A stretch of DNA of 64,000 nucleotides. Source: Bacteroidota bacterium (GTDB lineage: Bacteria > Bacteroidota > Bacteroidia > Bacteroidales > UBA4417). Location: the NCBI GenBank assembly GCA_013376995.1, contig JACAAZ010000001.1:294957-358956 (forward strand), given 5' to 3'. The notes beneath the pieces are model-generated. The model worked only from the letters and a program-made list of their open reading frames with translations. It ran no database searches and was not told the DNA's origin. Positions 45,979 to 54,825 of the stretch are shown piece by piece (the first letter of the stretch is position 1; each line of letters opens with the position of its first letter). The position numbers and the translations under genes were made by a program.

Positions 45979-46248
45979 TTAATTCGCAGATTTCAGGAAT
46001 GTCGCTATTTTCTTAACTTCCAGATCGGTGAGGCCAGCTTTGATCTTCATATGCCCCATGATTATATGCCACTGATCATCACTATAAGTTGCAGGGGAAG
46101 GTGCATTATGGCAGCGTGCACAATTTTCGCCCCAAAGCTGAGCTCCTGATTTATCAAGGATTGCCTGGGGCGTTTTACAAGCCGTGGCAATGAATATGGC
46201 AACGATTACTGACATTACAGCGAGAGTGATTATCTTCTGAGATTTCAT
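45979..46248 (-). CDS. Small monohaem c-type cytochrome lipoprotein (89 aa)
   Basis: Lipobox IATAC and haem motif CARCH. The start is moved to the ATG at 46248 (MKSQKIITLAV...), because the track's upstream extension overlaps the barrel gene. Confidence 0.7.
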   Translation of the reverse strand: MKSQKIITLAVMSVIVAIFIATACKTPQAILDKSGAQLWGENCARCHNAPSPATYSDDQWHIIMGHMKIKAGLTDLEVKKIATFLKSAN

Positions 46249-46267
46249 ATTTGTCTTTTTTAAGAAG

Positions 46268-47425
46268 TTAGAACCGGTAGATGGCTTGAAAAACAAACTG
46301 GTTTGCCGAGTAATTCTGTGTCTGGTAGGAGAACTTCAGTATACAATCCCATGCGAGCCAGTAGTTTAGGCTGTAAGCCATCTGGTGAATGGTATTTCCC
46401 AGGGACAAGTCAGAATAGGTAACAGCGTTTCCCCAGGGTGCATTTTCAGGAGTTGTGAAAGAAGAATACCTTGCAGATACTTCTAGATTATCAACAAACT
46501 GGCTTGTAAATCCGTTTGGGCGCAAACCACCCTGAATATACCAGGCTGAACTTTTATTGGTTGAGAAGGAACCTCCTTCATCAAAAGGATAGGTTGCTTT
46601 ATCAACGCTCATGGTCTTGTACTCGCCATATACCCTGACGATGCTCTTCAATGCAGGAATGTTATGATAGAAATTCAGGTCATAAGCCATCCAGTTAGCC
46701 CCGATTTTATTAAAAGGTGTATTGATATCACCGGTTTTAGATTTATGTAAAAGAGAAACTCCCAATTCAAGGCATGAATTGGAGAACGGCAGCAGGCCTA
46801 CCCTACCCCCGAACGCCATATTTTTATTGTTATTCAGAAAGCCTTCATATTCAAAGTTTCCGGCCATCGTTGCATCTTCTGCCAGCAACTGGGGACCATC
46901 AGACATATAGAAATCATAGTTCAGTTTTGAATATCCCAATTGCAATCCGCCAACTATACCGACTCCATTTTCAACCATGGGTCCTATTCCACCATCTCCG
47001 AAACCAACGGGATCTGTAGAAAAACGATTCAGGTAACCTTCACCCATCATACCCCGGTAATGGCCGAACTTTGGAAGAAAACGACCTGCATAAACCGTTA
47101 AATTGGGTAGTATCTGGTAGTTAAGATGAACCTGCTCCAGTCCAAAATCTGCAACTCCATCACGAGTTTCAATTTCAATCTCTGAAATCAGGAATAGCTT
47201 GTCTCCCAAACTAACAAGAGGGGCTATATGAAATTTTGCATTTTTGAACCCCATTTGACCTGAGTCAGCGACAAATTGCGTTTCAGCTCCTCCTGTCATC
47301 ATGAGTTTTTTGATTCCCCACATGGGGTTATTAGCTTCGGGTAAAGTTTGTAGCGTATCTTGAGCTACAGTGCTCAGTCCCAAAAGAAGGGAGATCGCCA
47401 TGACTAAATAGTAGCTTTTCTTCAT
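46268..47425 (-). CDS. Outer-membrane beta-barrel (porin-like) protein
   Basis: Signal peptide MKKSYYLVMAISLLLGLSTVAQ. Alternating hydrophobic/aromatic beta-strand pattern throughout. The C-terminal ...FQAIYRF is an OMP beta-signal with a terminal Phe. Confidence 0.7.
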   Translation of the reverse strand: MKKSYYLVMAISLLLGLSTVAQDTLQTLPEANNPMWGIKKLMMTGGAETQFVADSGQMGFKNAKFHIAPLVSLGDKLFLISEIEIETRDGVADFGLEQVHLNYQILPNLTVYAGRFLPKFGHYRGMMGEGYLNRFSTDPVGFGDGGIGPMVENGVGIVGGLQLGYSKLNYDFYMSDGPQLLAEDATMAGNFEYEGFLNNNKNMAFGGRVGLLPFSNSCLELGVSLLHKSKTGDINTPFNKIGANWMAYDLNFYHNIPALKSIVRVYGEYKTMSVDKATYPFDEGGSFSTNKSSAWYIQGGLRPNGFTSQFVDNLEVSARYSSFTTPENAPWGNAVTYSDLSLGNTIHQMAYSLNYWLAWDCILKFSYQTQNYSANQFVFQAIYRF

Positions 47426-47432
47426 AATTTTC

Positions 47433-47819
47433 TCATTTAGATATTCCATTAACTTTTTGTAATTCACGGATATAATTTACAAGGCTCCAGCGTTGAGTAT
47501 CAGTAATGACATAAGCAGGCATTGGAGCTTTTCCCTGCTTGATTTTCCAATAAAGAGATCCATCAGTACTTTGAGCAATTCGACTGGATAGCAGGTTACC
47601 AGGATGTGGAACCAGGCTGACTCCGGCAGGTCCATCACCTTTGCCTTTTGCACCGTGACACATCAGGCAGTACTTGGTGTAAAGATCGTTGCCTGCTTTA
47701 ATGTTAACCGGATCACTCTTCAAGGGGTTCTGAATGTTATCAGCTTCTTTAGGTGAATTCCAGGGGATCTTCTGTTGAAGACCCAGGAATAAAAATACCA
47801 GTATCAACGTTAGCTTCAT
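47433..47819 (-). CDS. Secreted class I c-type cytochrome (128 aa)
   Basis: Signal peptide present. CLMCHGAKGKGDGPAG haem site, with a distal Met in KAPMPAY. Confidence 0.8.
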   Translation of the reverse strand: MKLTLILVFLFLGLQQKIPWNSPKEADNIQNPLKSDPVNIKAGNDLYTKYCLMCHGAKGKGDGPAGVSLVPHPGNLLSSRIAQSTDGSLYWKIKQGKAPMPAYVITDTQRWSLVNYIRELQKVNGISK

Positions 47820-48161
47820 ATCTATATATTTAAATATTTATAAATAAAATTAAGCTTTATCTGCAGCTATGTCAAGTATAAACTCTAAACACGACTCTGA
47901 GCACCGCCCTTTTTGGGGACTTTTTCACGTTTATTGAAGTCCAAATAATGACTTCACTTATTGTATACTATTGATTTTGATACTATTGTATTTCAATAGC
48001 TAAATTCGGCAGTGAACGAATATTTAAGAAATTTTAATAGTGTTGAAGTCTGTTATAAACTTGCATACTGAACATATAATTCTATCGGGGTCAGGAGAAG
48101 TTCAAAGAAGTGGTTCAGACACAATTTCGTCAGAAGGCTATATTATACTGTTGAATTTTGT

Positions 48162-50858
48162 TCAGTTTTTGGTGTTTTTGCCAATCAACTGTTTAAGCAG
48201 TTCATTTTGAGCCTTTAATTCAGCTATAGATAGTTTAAGTTCATCGTTGATAATTTTTTGCTTTTCATTTTCAGCATTCAGTTCCTGCACAGCTTTTACA
48301 AGAGGAACCACGAACTGTGAATAGGCAACTCCATAATTCTGGTCTTTATTTTCAGGGATAATCACCCCGTCAAAATTAAAGCCTGTTTCCCTGGCTGCTG
48401 CTTCCACTTCCTGCGCCAGGAAACCACTGTGTACGATTTCTGATGAAGGACCATAGTCAAGAGTTTCCATTCTTGAGCTGCGGACACTGTCAGGCATGTT
48501 TTTCATCAGGAACTCATCAAATTTCCTGGTATCAAAGGTATAAGTCACAGGTCGAAGCTTGTTTATGAAAGCCAGCCCCTGAACATTTTCTTTTACATTA
48601 TCTTTAAACCTTGCATCAGATGGATAGGAATAGGCCACCTGGCCTTCTATTACTGAAACTGTTGTATTTCCAATCCTAACCTTCTGGCTGGCATTGACCT
48701 TGGCAGCATATCCAATGGCGGTAGCATTTATAAGTCCACCGGATGTCACATCAGCTCCCCAACCAATAGCAGTATTCCAGTTTCCACTTGTATTTGTAAA
48801 AAGCGTTTCTCTCCCAAAACCTGAATTGCCTGCACCTGATGTGTTGAAAACCAGTGCCTGGTATCCTGTTGCTGTATTGTTATCTCCTGAGGTATTAGCC
48901 CACATAGGCTGATAGCCAATTGCAGTATTGAAATTGCCGGTATTAATGGCGGGTGTAACTGAGCCGCGCAAAGCCTGGCATCCTACCGCGACATTGTAAT
49001 TGGTAAATGCCGTTGAAGTATTGTTTGAATAATACATGGCATATAACCCGATGGCTGTTGCATTGCTTCCAGCCACATTATTTACAAGTGTGCCGTACCC
49101 AATGGCTGTATTTGCATCTCCTGTTGTGTTGTAATATAATGCATTAAAACCGGTTGAAGTATTCTGGCTCCCTGAGTAGTTGCTGAAAGATGAAGAAAAT
49201 CCTACAGCAGTATTGCTGTTTCCGCCGTTATTTGAATATAATGAATTCACCCCCATCGCCGAATTATTGTACCCGGCAGTATTGGAAAAAAGTGAACCCA
49301 TGCCATGCGCGGTATTATAGTAGCCGGAGTTATTATGATAAAGAGCACTGCTTCCCGAAGCGGTATTGGAATATCCGCCATCATTGAAATACAGTGCCTG
49401 GTAACCGTTTGCAGTATTGTTACTCCCGCTTGAATTTGACCAGATGGTCTGGTAGCCAAGTGCTGTATTGTAGTTGCCGGTATTGCCGATAGTATTACCG
49501 TAGCCACGCAATGCTTCGTATCCAACAGCTACGTTATAACTTGTATAGGGCGTTTGAGTGCTGTATGCATTTGCCATTGCGTTGTACCCAACCGCTGTGG
49601 CATTGCTCCCGGTAAAACTAGAATTAAGTGCATTTTCTCCAATGGCTGTATTGGAACCACCAACTGTGTTATGATACATTGTATTGCTTCCGATCGAAGT
49701 GTTATCGGATCCGGTTGTATTGAAATAAAGTGAATAACTTCCGTTAGCTGTATTGTTGTTTCCGGTTGAATTTTTCATGATCGCCGAAAACCCTGTCGCA
49801 GTATTATTATTGCCTGTATTTGATGACGAATCAGAAGAACCCATCAATGCCTGGCATCCAATAGCTACGTTGTTATTGCTGAAGGGAGTTGCAGAACTGT
49901 TGGCGAAAAACATCGCATACGAGCCAACAGCAGTTGCATAGCTCCCAGCAATGTTTGTAGAAAGTGCCTTGGTACCGATAGCAACATTACCGTCGCCTGT
50001 TGTATTGTGGAATAAAGAGAACGATCCTAACCCAGTGTTTTTATTTCCTGTTGAATTATTATAAAGCACTGATTCGCCGACCCCGGAATTTTCATTTCCA
50101 ACAGTATTATAATATAATGCTGTACTCCCGAATGCACTGTTACTGGTTCCAGTTGAATTAGAAGCAAGTGAGGCGTTGCCGCTGGCTACATTGTACAGTC
50201 CAGTTAAGTTGGAGTATAAGGCAGCGTATCCGGTTGCAGTATTGTCAGTTCCCGTAGTGTTAAAGGACAATGACTGCATCCCGATTGCGGTATTATAATT
50301 ACCTGAAAGATTGTATCTTAAAGCATTGGAACCGATAGCCGTATTGTACATCCCGCTTGTATCAGTGATCAATGCCTTATATCCAAAAGCGGAATTGTGC
50401 ATTCCAGTGGTTAAAGAATTCAGTGTTTTGAATCCAAGTGAAGTGCTTGTTGTAATACTATCGACAATTCCGGCTTTTACATTATTTATCCTGAATTTCA
50501 AAGGTGACGCATCTGTCGTTCCGAGGAAATCAGTTGCCTGGTTTGTTCCACTGTTACCGGCAAGACTCCAGAATCTCCCGTTTCCTGCCATGACCCATAC
50601 GGGGCTTACTGAAGTCCCTGTATTAATATAGATGCCGGGGATGTTGTCGGTCTGAAAGATTGTCAAACCTGCAGCGGGTCCTACAATTGAATTTCGTTGT
50701 GCTACGGTCATTCTGGGCAGCAGTATGCCTTTTGCGGTGGATTTCACATCCAGTATTGCTGAATTATCAGGTGAAGAGCCATCTGTATTTATGGCGACCT
50801 GGGCCATAGCTATTAAATTTAACAGCAATAAAGCTGATGAAAAGAGCAGTCTTCTCAT
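48162..50858 (-). CDS. Secreted fibre protein: shared N-terminal module, about 17-aa Asn/Gly repeats, Peptidase S74-like intramolecular chaperone domain, coiled coil
   Basis: 898 aa. Signal peptide ...IAMAQ then [20 protein letters not shown]...[24 protein letters not shown]. Repeats are of NTAIGxxALxxNxxGxx type. The C-terminus has SDARFKDNV...GFLAQEVEAA followed by heptads. Confidence 0.85.
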   Translation of the reverse strand: MRRLLFSSALLLLNLIAMAQVAINTDGSSPDNSAILDVKSTAKGILLPRMTVAQRNSIVGPAAGLTIFQTDNIPGIYINTGTSVSPVWVMAGNGRFWSLAGNSGTNQATDFLGTTDASPLKFRINNVKAGIVDSITTSTSLGFKTLNSLTTGMHNSAFGYKALITDTSGMYNTAIGSNALRYNLSGNYNTAIGMQSLSFNTTGTDNTATGYAALYSNLTGLYNVASGNASLASNSTGTSNSAFGSTALYYNTVGNENSGVGESVLYNNSTGNKNTGLGSFSLFHNTTGDGNVAIGTKALSTNIAGSYATAVGSYAMFFANSSATPFSNNNVAIGCQALMGSSDSSSNTGNNNTATGFSAIMKNSTGNNNTANGSYSLYFNTTGSDNTSIGSNTMYHNTVGGSNTAIGENALNSSFTGSNATAVGYNAMANAYSTQTPYTSYNVAVGYEALRGYGNTIGNTGNYNTALGYQTIWSNSSGSNNTANGYQALYFNDGGYSNTASGSSALYHNNSGYYNTAHGMGSLFSNTAGYNNSAMGVNSLYSNNGGNSNTAVGFSSSFSNYSGSQNTSTGFNALYYNTTGDANTAIGYGTLVNNVAGSNATAIGLYAMYYSNNTSTAFTNYNVAVGCQALRGSVTPAINTGNFNTAIGYQPMWANTSGDNNTATGYQALVFNTSGAGNSGFGRETLFTNTSGNWNTAIGWGADVTSGGLINATAIGYAAKVNASQKVRIGNTTVSVIEGQVAYSYPSDARFKDNVKENVQGLAFINKLRPVTYTFDTRKFDEFLMKNMPDSVRSSRMETLDYGPSSEIVHSGFLAQEVEAAARETGFNFDGVIIPENKDQNYGVAYSQFVVPLVKAVQELNAENEKQKIINDELKLSIAELKAQNELLKQLIGKNTKN

Positions 50859-50958
50859 GGTTGCCAGATTTTATGAATGATATTTAATTTGTTAATCCTA
50901 ATTATAAAAGGACTCATATTTTCGTTTCTCCTCTATTCAAAATCGTTAAGCCTGATTT

Positions 50959-52461
50959 TCATTGACATCCGGCTTCATCAACCAACCCATTACAATTATC
51001 ATCTATTTTATTACCGCAGATTTCAACCGCTCCAGGGTGAATCGAGGGATTAGTATCATCACAATCACCCCCGGTTGCACTCCATCCAGGCAATATCGAA
51101 CACATGAGAACCATATTGAAGAAATTGCCGAAACCATCGCCGTCAAGGTCCTGGTAATAAGCAGTCCCGTCTTTTGTGGGCGCTTCGTCAACCAGGCCGT
51201 CACAATCATCATCTATTCCATTGCAGAACTCGTCAGCTCCCGGATGCCTGGCAGGATTGGTGTCATCGCAGTCAGTACCCACTTTAGCATATCCTGGAGG
51301 AGGAACACAACCTAAAGCCGTGATGGAGAGGTTCGGATTACCATAACCATCATTATCCTGGTCACGGTAGTAAGTCATGACAACAGAATAATTATCGTCA
51401 ATAATGCCGTTGCAGTCATTATCCAATCCGTCGCAAATTTCTGGAGCGCCGGGGTGAATACTGGCATAGTTGTCATTGCAATCCCCCGGATAAATTACAT
51501 ATCCTTGCGGGATAGGATTGCCACATTGCCAGATCATTGGAGAATTATAATCACCAAAACCATCTGCATCTAAATCTCGAAAAATGATTGATTGAAATTC
51601 GTCAACCTGTCCATTGCAATTATTGTCTATACCATCGCAGTATTCAACGAAGATACCCGGGTTTGCATAGTACTGGGAATCATTACAATCCGTATTATTG
51701 ATAACATAACCTGTTGGGACAGGATAACAAGATTGGATGGAAACTGCAGGATTACCATATCCATCATGGTCAGAGTCTAAATAAAACGTTGTTGTTTCAT
51801 CCACAATGCCATTGCAGTTATTATCAATTCCATCGCTTATTTCAGGGGCGCCGGGATAAACGAGTGGATTTGAGTCATTGCAGTCATTATTATTAGCTGA
51901 ATAACCTGTTGGTTGGTAACATAATTGGATTGTAGTTCCTGTTGGGCTTCCATGGCCATCTCCATCCGCGTCAATATAATAGGTGTTAGGAAATAGATTC
52001 CCGTAATAAGCATGGTCATCATCGGGGTCACAATCATTTGTTACATATCCTGCTGGTTTTACTGTGGAAAAGATTTGAGAAAAATGATTACCCAACGAAT
52101 CACCGTCTTTGTCAGCATAGAAATATTTAAAATTTGCAGGTTTCCACTGGGAACCGTCCCACACCAGCATATCCCCTACTGAATTCCCGGCTGTCATTGC
52201 TGTACCCAGCTTCAGCCATGCTGTCCCGCTGTAATAATCGAAGGTACCGGTTGAAGTATTAAAAACAATAAGGCCTGCTGCAGGTGATGCTATTGCATTT
52301 CTTTGGGAACTGGTCAAACGGGGTATTAGTATCCCTTTCGATGTGGATTTTACATCCAGCATGGCTGAATTATCAGGTTGAGTACCATCCGTACTAACTG
52401 CTACCTGGGAATGCACCGCAATTGCCGAGCAGACAAATATTATAAAAAGGAGTTTTTTCAT
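50959..52461 (-). CDS. Secreted protein: the same N-terminal module fused to seven or eight Cys-rich DxDxDG (MopE-like putative metal-binding) repeats
   Basis: The start is set at MKKLLFIIFVCSAIAVHSQ (ATG at 52461). The module reads [50 protein letters not shown]. Repeats follow the pattern D(A/S/Q)D(G/H/N)DG(H/Y/F)G...C..P.GY..N..DC(N/D)D....(Y/H)PGA.E.CDG.DN(N/D)CNG..DE. Confidence 0.8.
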   Translation of the reverse strand: MKKLLFIIFVCSAIAVHSQVAVSTDGTQPDNSAMLDVKSTSKGILIPRLTSSQRNAIASPAAGLIVFNTSTGTFDYYSGTAWLKLGTAMTAGNSVGDMLVWDGSQWKPANFKYFYADKDGDSLGNHFSQIFSTVKPAGYVTNDCDPDDDHAYYGNLFPNTYYIDADGDGHGSPTGTTIQLCYQPTGYSANNNDCNDSNPLVYPGAPEISDGIDNNCNGIVDETTTFYLDSDHDGYGNPAVSIQSCYPVPTGYVINNTDCNDSQYYANPGIFVEYCDGIDNNCNGQVDEFQSIIFRDLDADGFGDYNSPMIWQCGNPIPQGYVIYPGDCNDNYASIHPGAPEICDGLDNDCNGIIDDNYSVVMTYYRDQDNDGYGNPNLSITALGCVPPPGYAKVGTDCDDTNPARHPGADEFCNGIDDDCDGLVDEAPTKDGTAYYQDLDGDGFGNFFNMVLMCSILPGWSATGGDCDDTNPSIHPGAVEICGNKIDDNCNGLVDEAGCQ

Positions 52462-52477
52462 TCCAATCGGACTAAAA

Positions 52478-54802
52478 CTATTTATTCTCAACTTTTTCAA
52501 GACGCCTTGATAGATCGAGGTTTTCTTTTTTGAGCTCTTCTATCATAATTTGTTGCTCCTGTATGGCTTTCACCATAGGCGCAATAAGATCATTGTAACG
52601 CAAACTATACATCCCATCATCATCCTTCGTTATCATACCCGAATGGCTAGCCCCGGCATTCGTAAGTGTTTCTTCTACTTCCTGGGCAATAAAACCGTAT
52701 TCCGTCTTCTTTTTATCATCGTTAAGCCGGGTATAGGAAACCGGATTGAGATTTCTTATAAAATTCAGCCCAAGGTCTGATTTCTGAATATCCGATTTAT
52801 ACCTTTTATCTGATGTGATTGACCAACCAACCTGAATCCCGGCATAGCTAATCCCTGAATTTCCAATACGCACCTGGTCGTTGCCAGCTGAGTTCGGCAC
52901 CTGGGCGTCGTACCCTATGCCGATATTGTTTGATCCGGAAACATTCGAAAGTGCCCAAATTCCAAATGCTGAGTTGTTATTTCCACTAATATTATGCTGC
53001 ATCGCCTGGTATCCGTTAGCTGTATTCTGGCTCCCGCTATTATTATCCTGCATTGCCTGGTAACCTGTTGAGGTATTTGAATACCCCGAATTTGAAAAAA
53101 GCGCCTGGTAACCATAGCTTGAATTGTTATATCCCGCGGTATTCGTGTAAAGAGATTGGAAACCACTGGCTGTATTTCCATTACCTGATGTATTGGCTAG
53201 CATTGCCTGGTCACCAATTGCAGTATTCCATTGGCCTGTATTCAGCCATGTATAATTACCTCCTTTTAAAGATTCATAACCAAGGGCTGTGTTAAAGGTT
53301 TCCCGACCAGGGTTCCGATCGTCGGCATATTGCATGGATCCGGTCCCAATAGCTGTACTCCGGCTGTTCCCCCTGTTTGAACTGAGAGAACTCTCACCAA
53401 AAGCTACATTATAATTTCCCGATACGTTCTGGTTAAGAGAAAGAGAGCCGAACGCCGTATTATCGCTTCCTGTTATATTGGATCCCATTGACAAGTATCC
53501 AACGGCTGAATTGCTGCTGGCAGTCGTATTGTTGAACAAAGACCAATAACCGTTGGCAGTATTAAAGTTGCCAGTAGTATTGTAATTAAGAGATGCAATA
53601 CCGGATGCTGTATTGTAACTTCCAGTTGTATTTGAATGAAGCGTGCTGGAACCGACAGCCGTATTTTGATTTCCAGTGCTGTTGGAAAAGAGTGACTGAT
53701 AACCTACAGATGTATTTGAAGTCCCCGTAGTATTGGAAACCATCGCCTGGTCACCGACAGCTGTATTTGCTTTCCCGGTGTTGGCAGAAGGTAAAGTGCT
53801 GCCTTTCAGTGCTTCATAACCAACAGCAGTGTTAAAGGTTTCCAGTCCAACGATTCGATCATCTGCATAATACATAGCTGAAAATCCTATTGCTGTGCTT
53901 CTGCTGTTCGCCTTATTTGAATACAGGGATTGTGTTCCGCTGGCTGTGTTATTATTGCCTGTTATGTTGGCATAAAGTGCATATAACCCGTCGGCGGTGT
54001 TATTACTCCCTGTTGTATTATTTGCCAGAGCGCTGCCACCGGTTGCAGTATTCAGGAAACCTGTACTGTTGGAATGAAGTGCATAAATCCCGTTTGCGGT
54101 GTTTGCGTAACCGGTTGTGTTTGAATAAAGTGAAAAATACCCACTAGCTGTGTTATTAAATCCGGTTGTATTTGAAAAAAGAGACTCCTCCCCGCTTGCT
54201 ATATTATATGCACCTGTTGTATTATGATTTAGTGCATTAACCCCGATTGCAGTATTATAGCCTCCACTTGTATTTGAATATAGAGAACTATATCCAATAG
54301 CAGTGTTATTGATACCTGATGTGTTGAATAATAGTGAAACGCTTCCGATGGCTGTATTATTTGTTCCTGTATTTAAAGGGTTCAGTGCATTTACTCCAAA
54401 TGAAGTATTATTTAACCCGATATAACCGGATCTTTCATTATTTCTTTTAAAGATCATATCATTATTATCCGTAGTACCAAAAAAATTGGAAGCAGCATTC
54501 GTGCCGGCATTACCACTCAATCCCCATGTATTGGCCGTGCCCAGTTGAACCCATGCAGTACTGGTGCGGGTGAAAAGGCTGTTAACATCTGTATCGAACA
54601 CTACCAGGCCAGCAGCCGGGGCCACAATGGCATTGCGCTGCGCTGTTGTCATACGCGGCGGCAGAAAGCCTTTGACGGAGGATTTCACATCCAGCATGGC
54701 AGAATTATCGGGTAACGAGCCATCAGTATTAATAGCTACCTGGGCAGTTGAAACTGAAAAGAATATTATACCGGCCAGGAATAATAGAATTCCTTTTTTC
54801 AT
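52478..54802 (-). CDS. Secreted fibre protein paralog (774 aa) with shared N-module, Asn/Gly repeats, S74-like domain and coiled coil
   Basis: Signal peptide ...STAQ then [51 protein letters not shown]. The C-terminus has SDKRYKSDI...GFIAQEVEETL and EELKKENLDLSRRLEKVE. Confidence 0.85.
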   Translation of the reverse strand: MKKGILLFLAGIIFFSVSTAQVAINTDGSLPDNSAMLDVKSSVKGFLPPRMTTAQRNAIVAPAAGLVVFDTDVNSLFTRTSTAWVQLGTANTWGLSGNAGTNAASNFFGTTDNNDMIFKRNNERSGYIGLNNTSFGVNALNPLNTGTNNTAIGSVSLLFNTSGINNTAIGYSSLYSNTSGGYNTAIGVNALNHNTTGAYNIASGEESLFSNTTGFNNTASGYFSLYSNTTGYANTANGIYALHSNSTGFLNTATGGSALANNTTGSNNTADGLYALYANITGNNNTASGTQSLYSNKANSRSTAIGFSAMYYADDRIVGLETFNTAVGYEALKGSTLPSANTGKANTAVGDQAMVSNTTGTSNTSVGYQSLFSNSTGNQNTAVGSSTLHSNTTGSYNTASGIASLNYNTTGNFNTANGYWSLFNNTTASSNSAVGYLSMGSNITGSDNTAFGSLSLNQNVSGNYNVAFGESSLSSNRGNSRSTAIGTGSMQYADDRNPGRETFNTALGYESLKGGNYTWLNTGQWNTAIGDQAMLANTSGNGNTASGFQSLYTNTAGYNNSSYGYQALFSNSGYSNTSTGYQAMQDNNSGSQNTANGYQAMQHNISGNNNSAFGIWALSNVSGSNNIGIGYDAQVPNSAGNDQVRIGNSGISYAGIQVGWSITSDKRYKSDIQKSDLGLNFIRNLNPVSYTRLNDDKKKTEYGFIAQEVEETLTNAGASHSGMITKDDDGMYSLRYNDLIAPMVKAIQEQQIMIEELKKENLDLSRRLEKVENK

Positions 54803-54825
54803 AACTTATTGTATTAGAAAATAAT

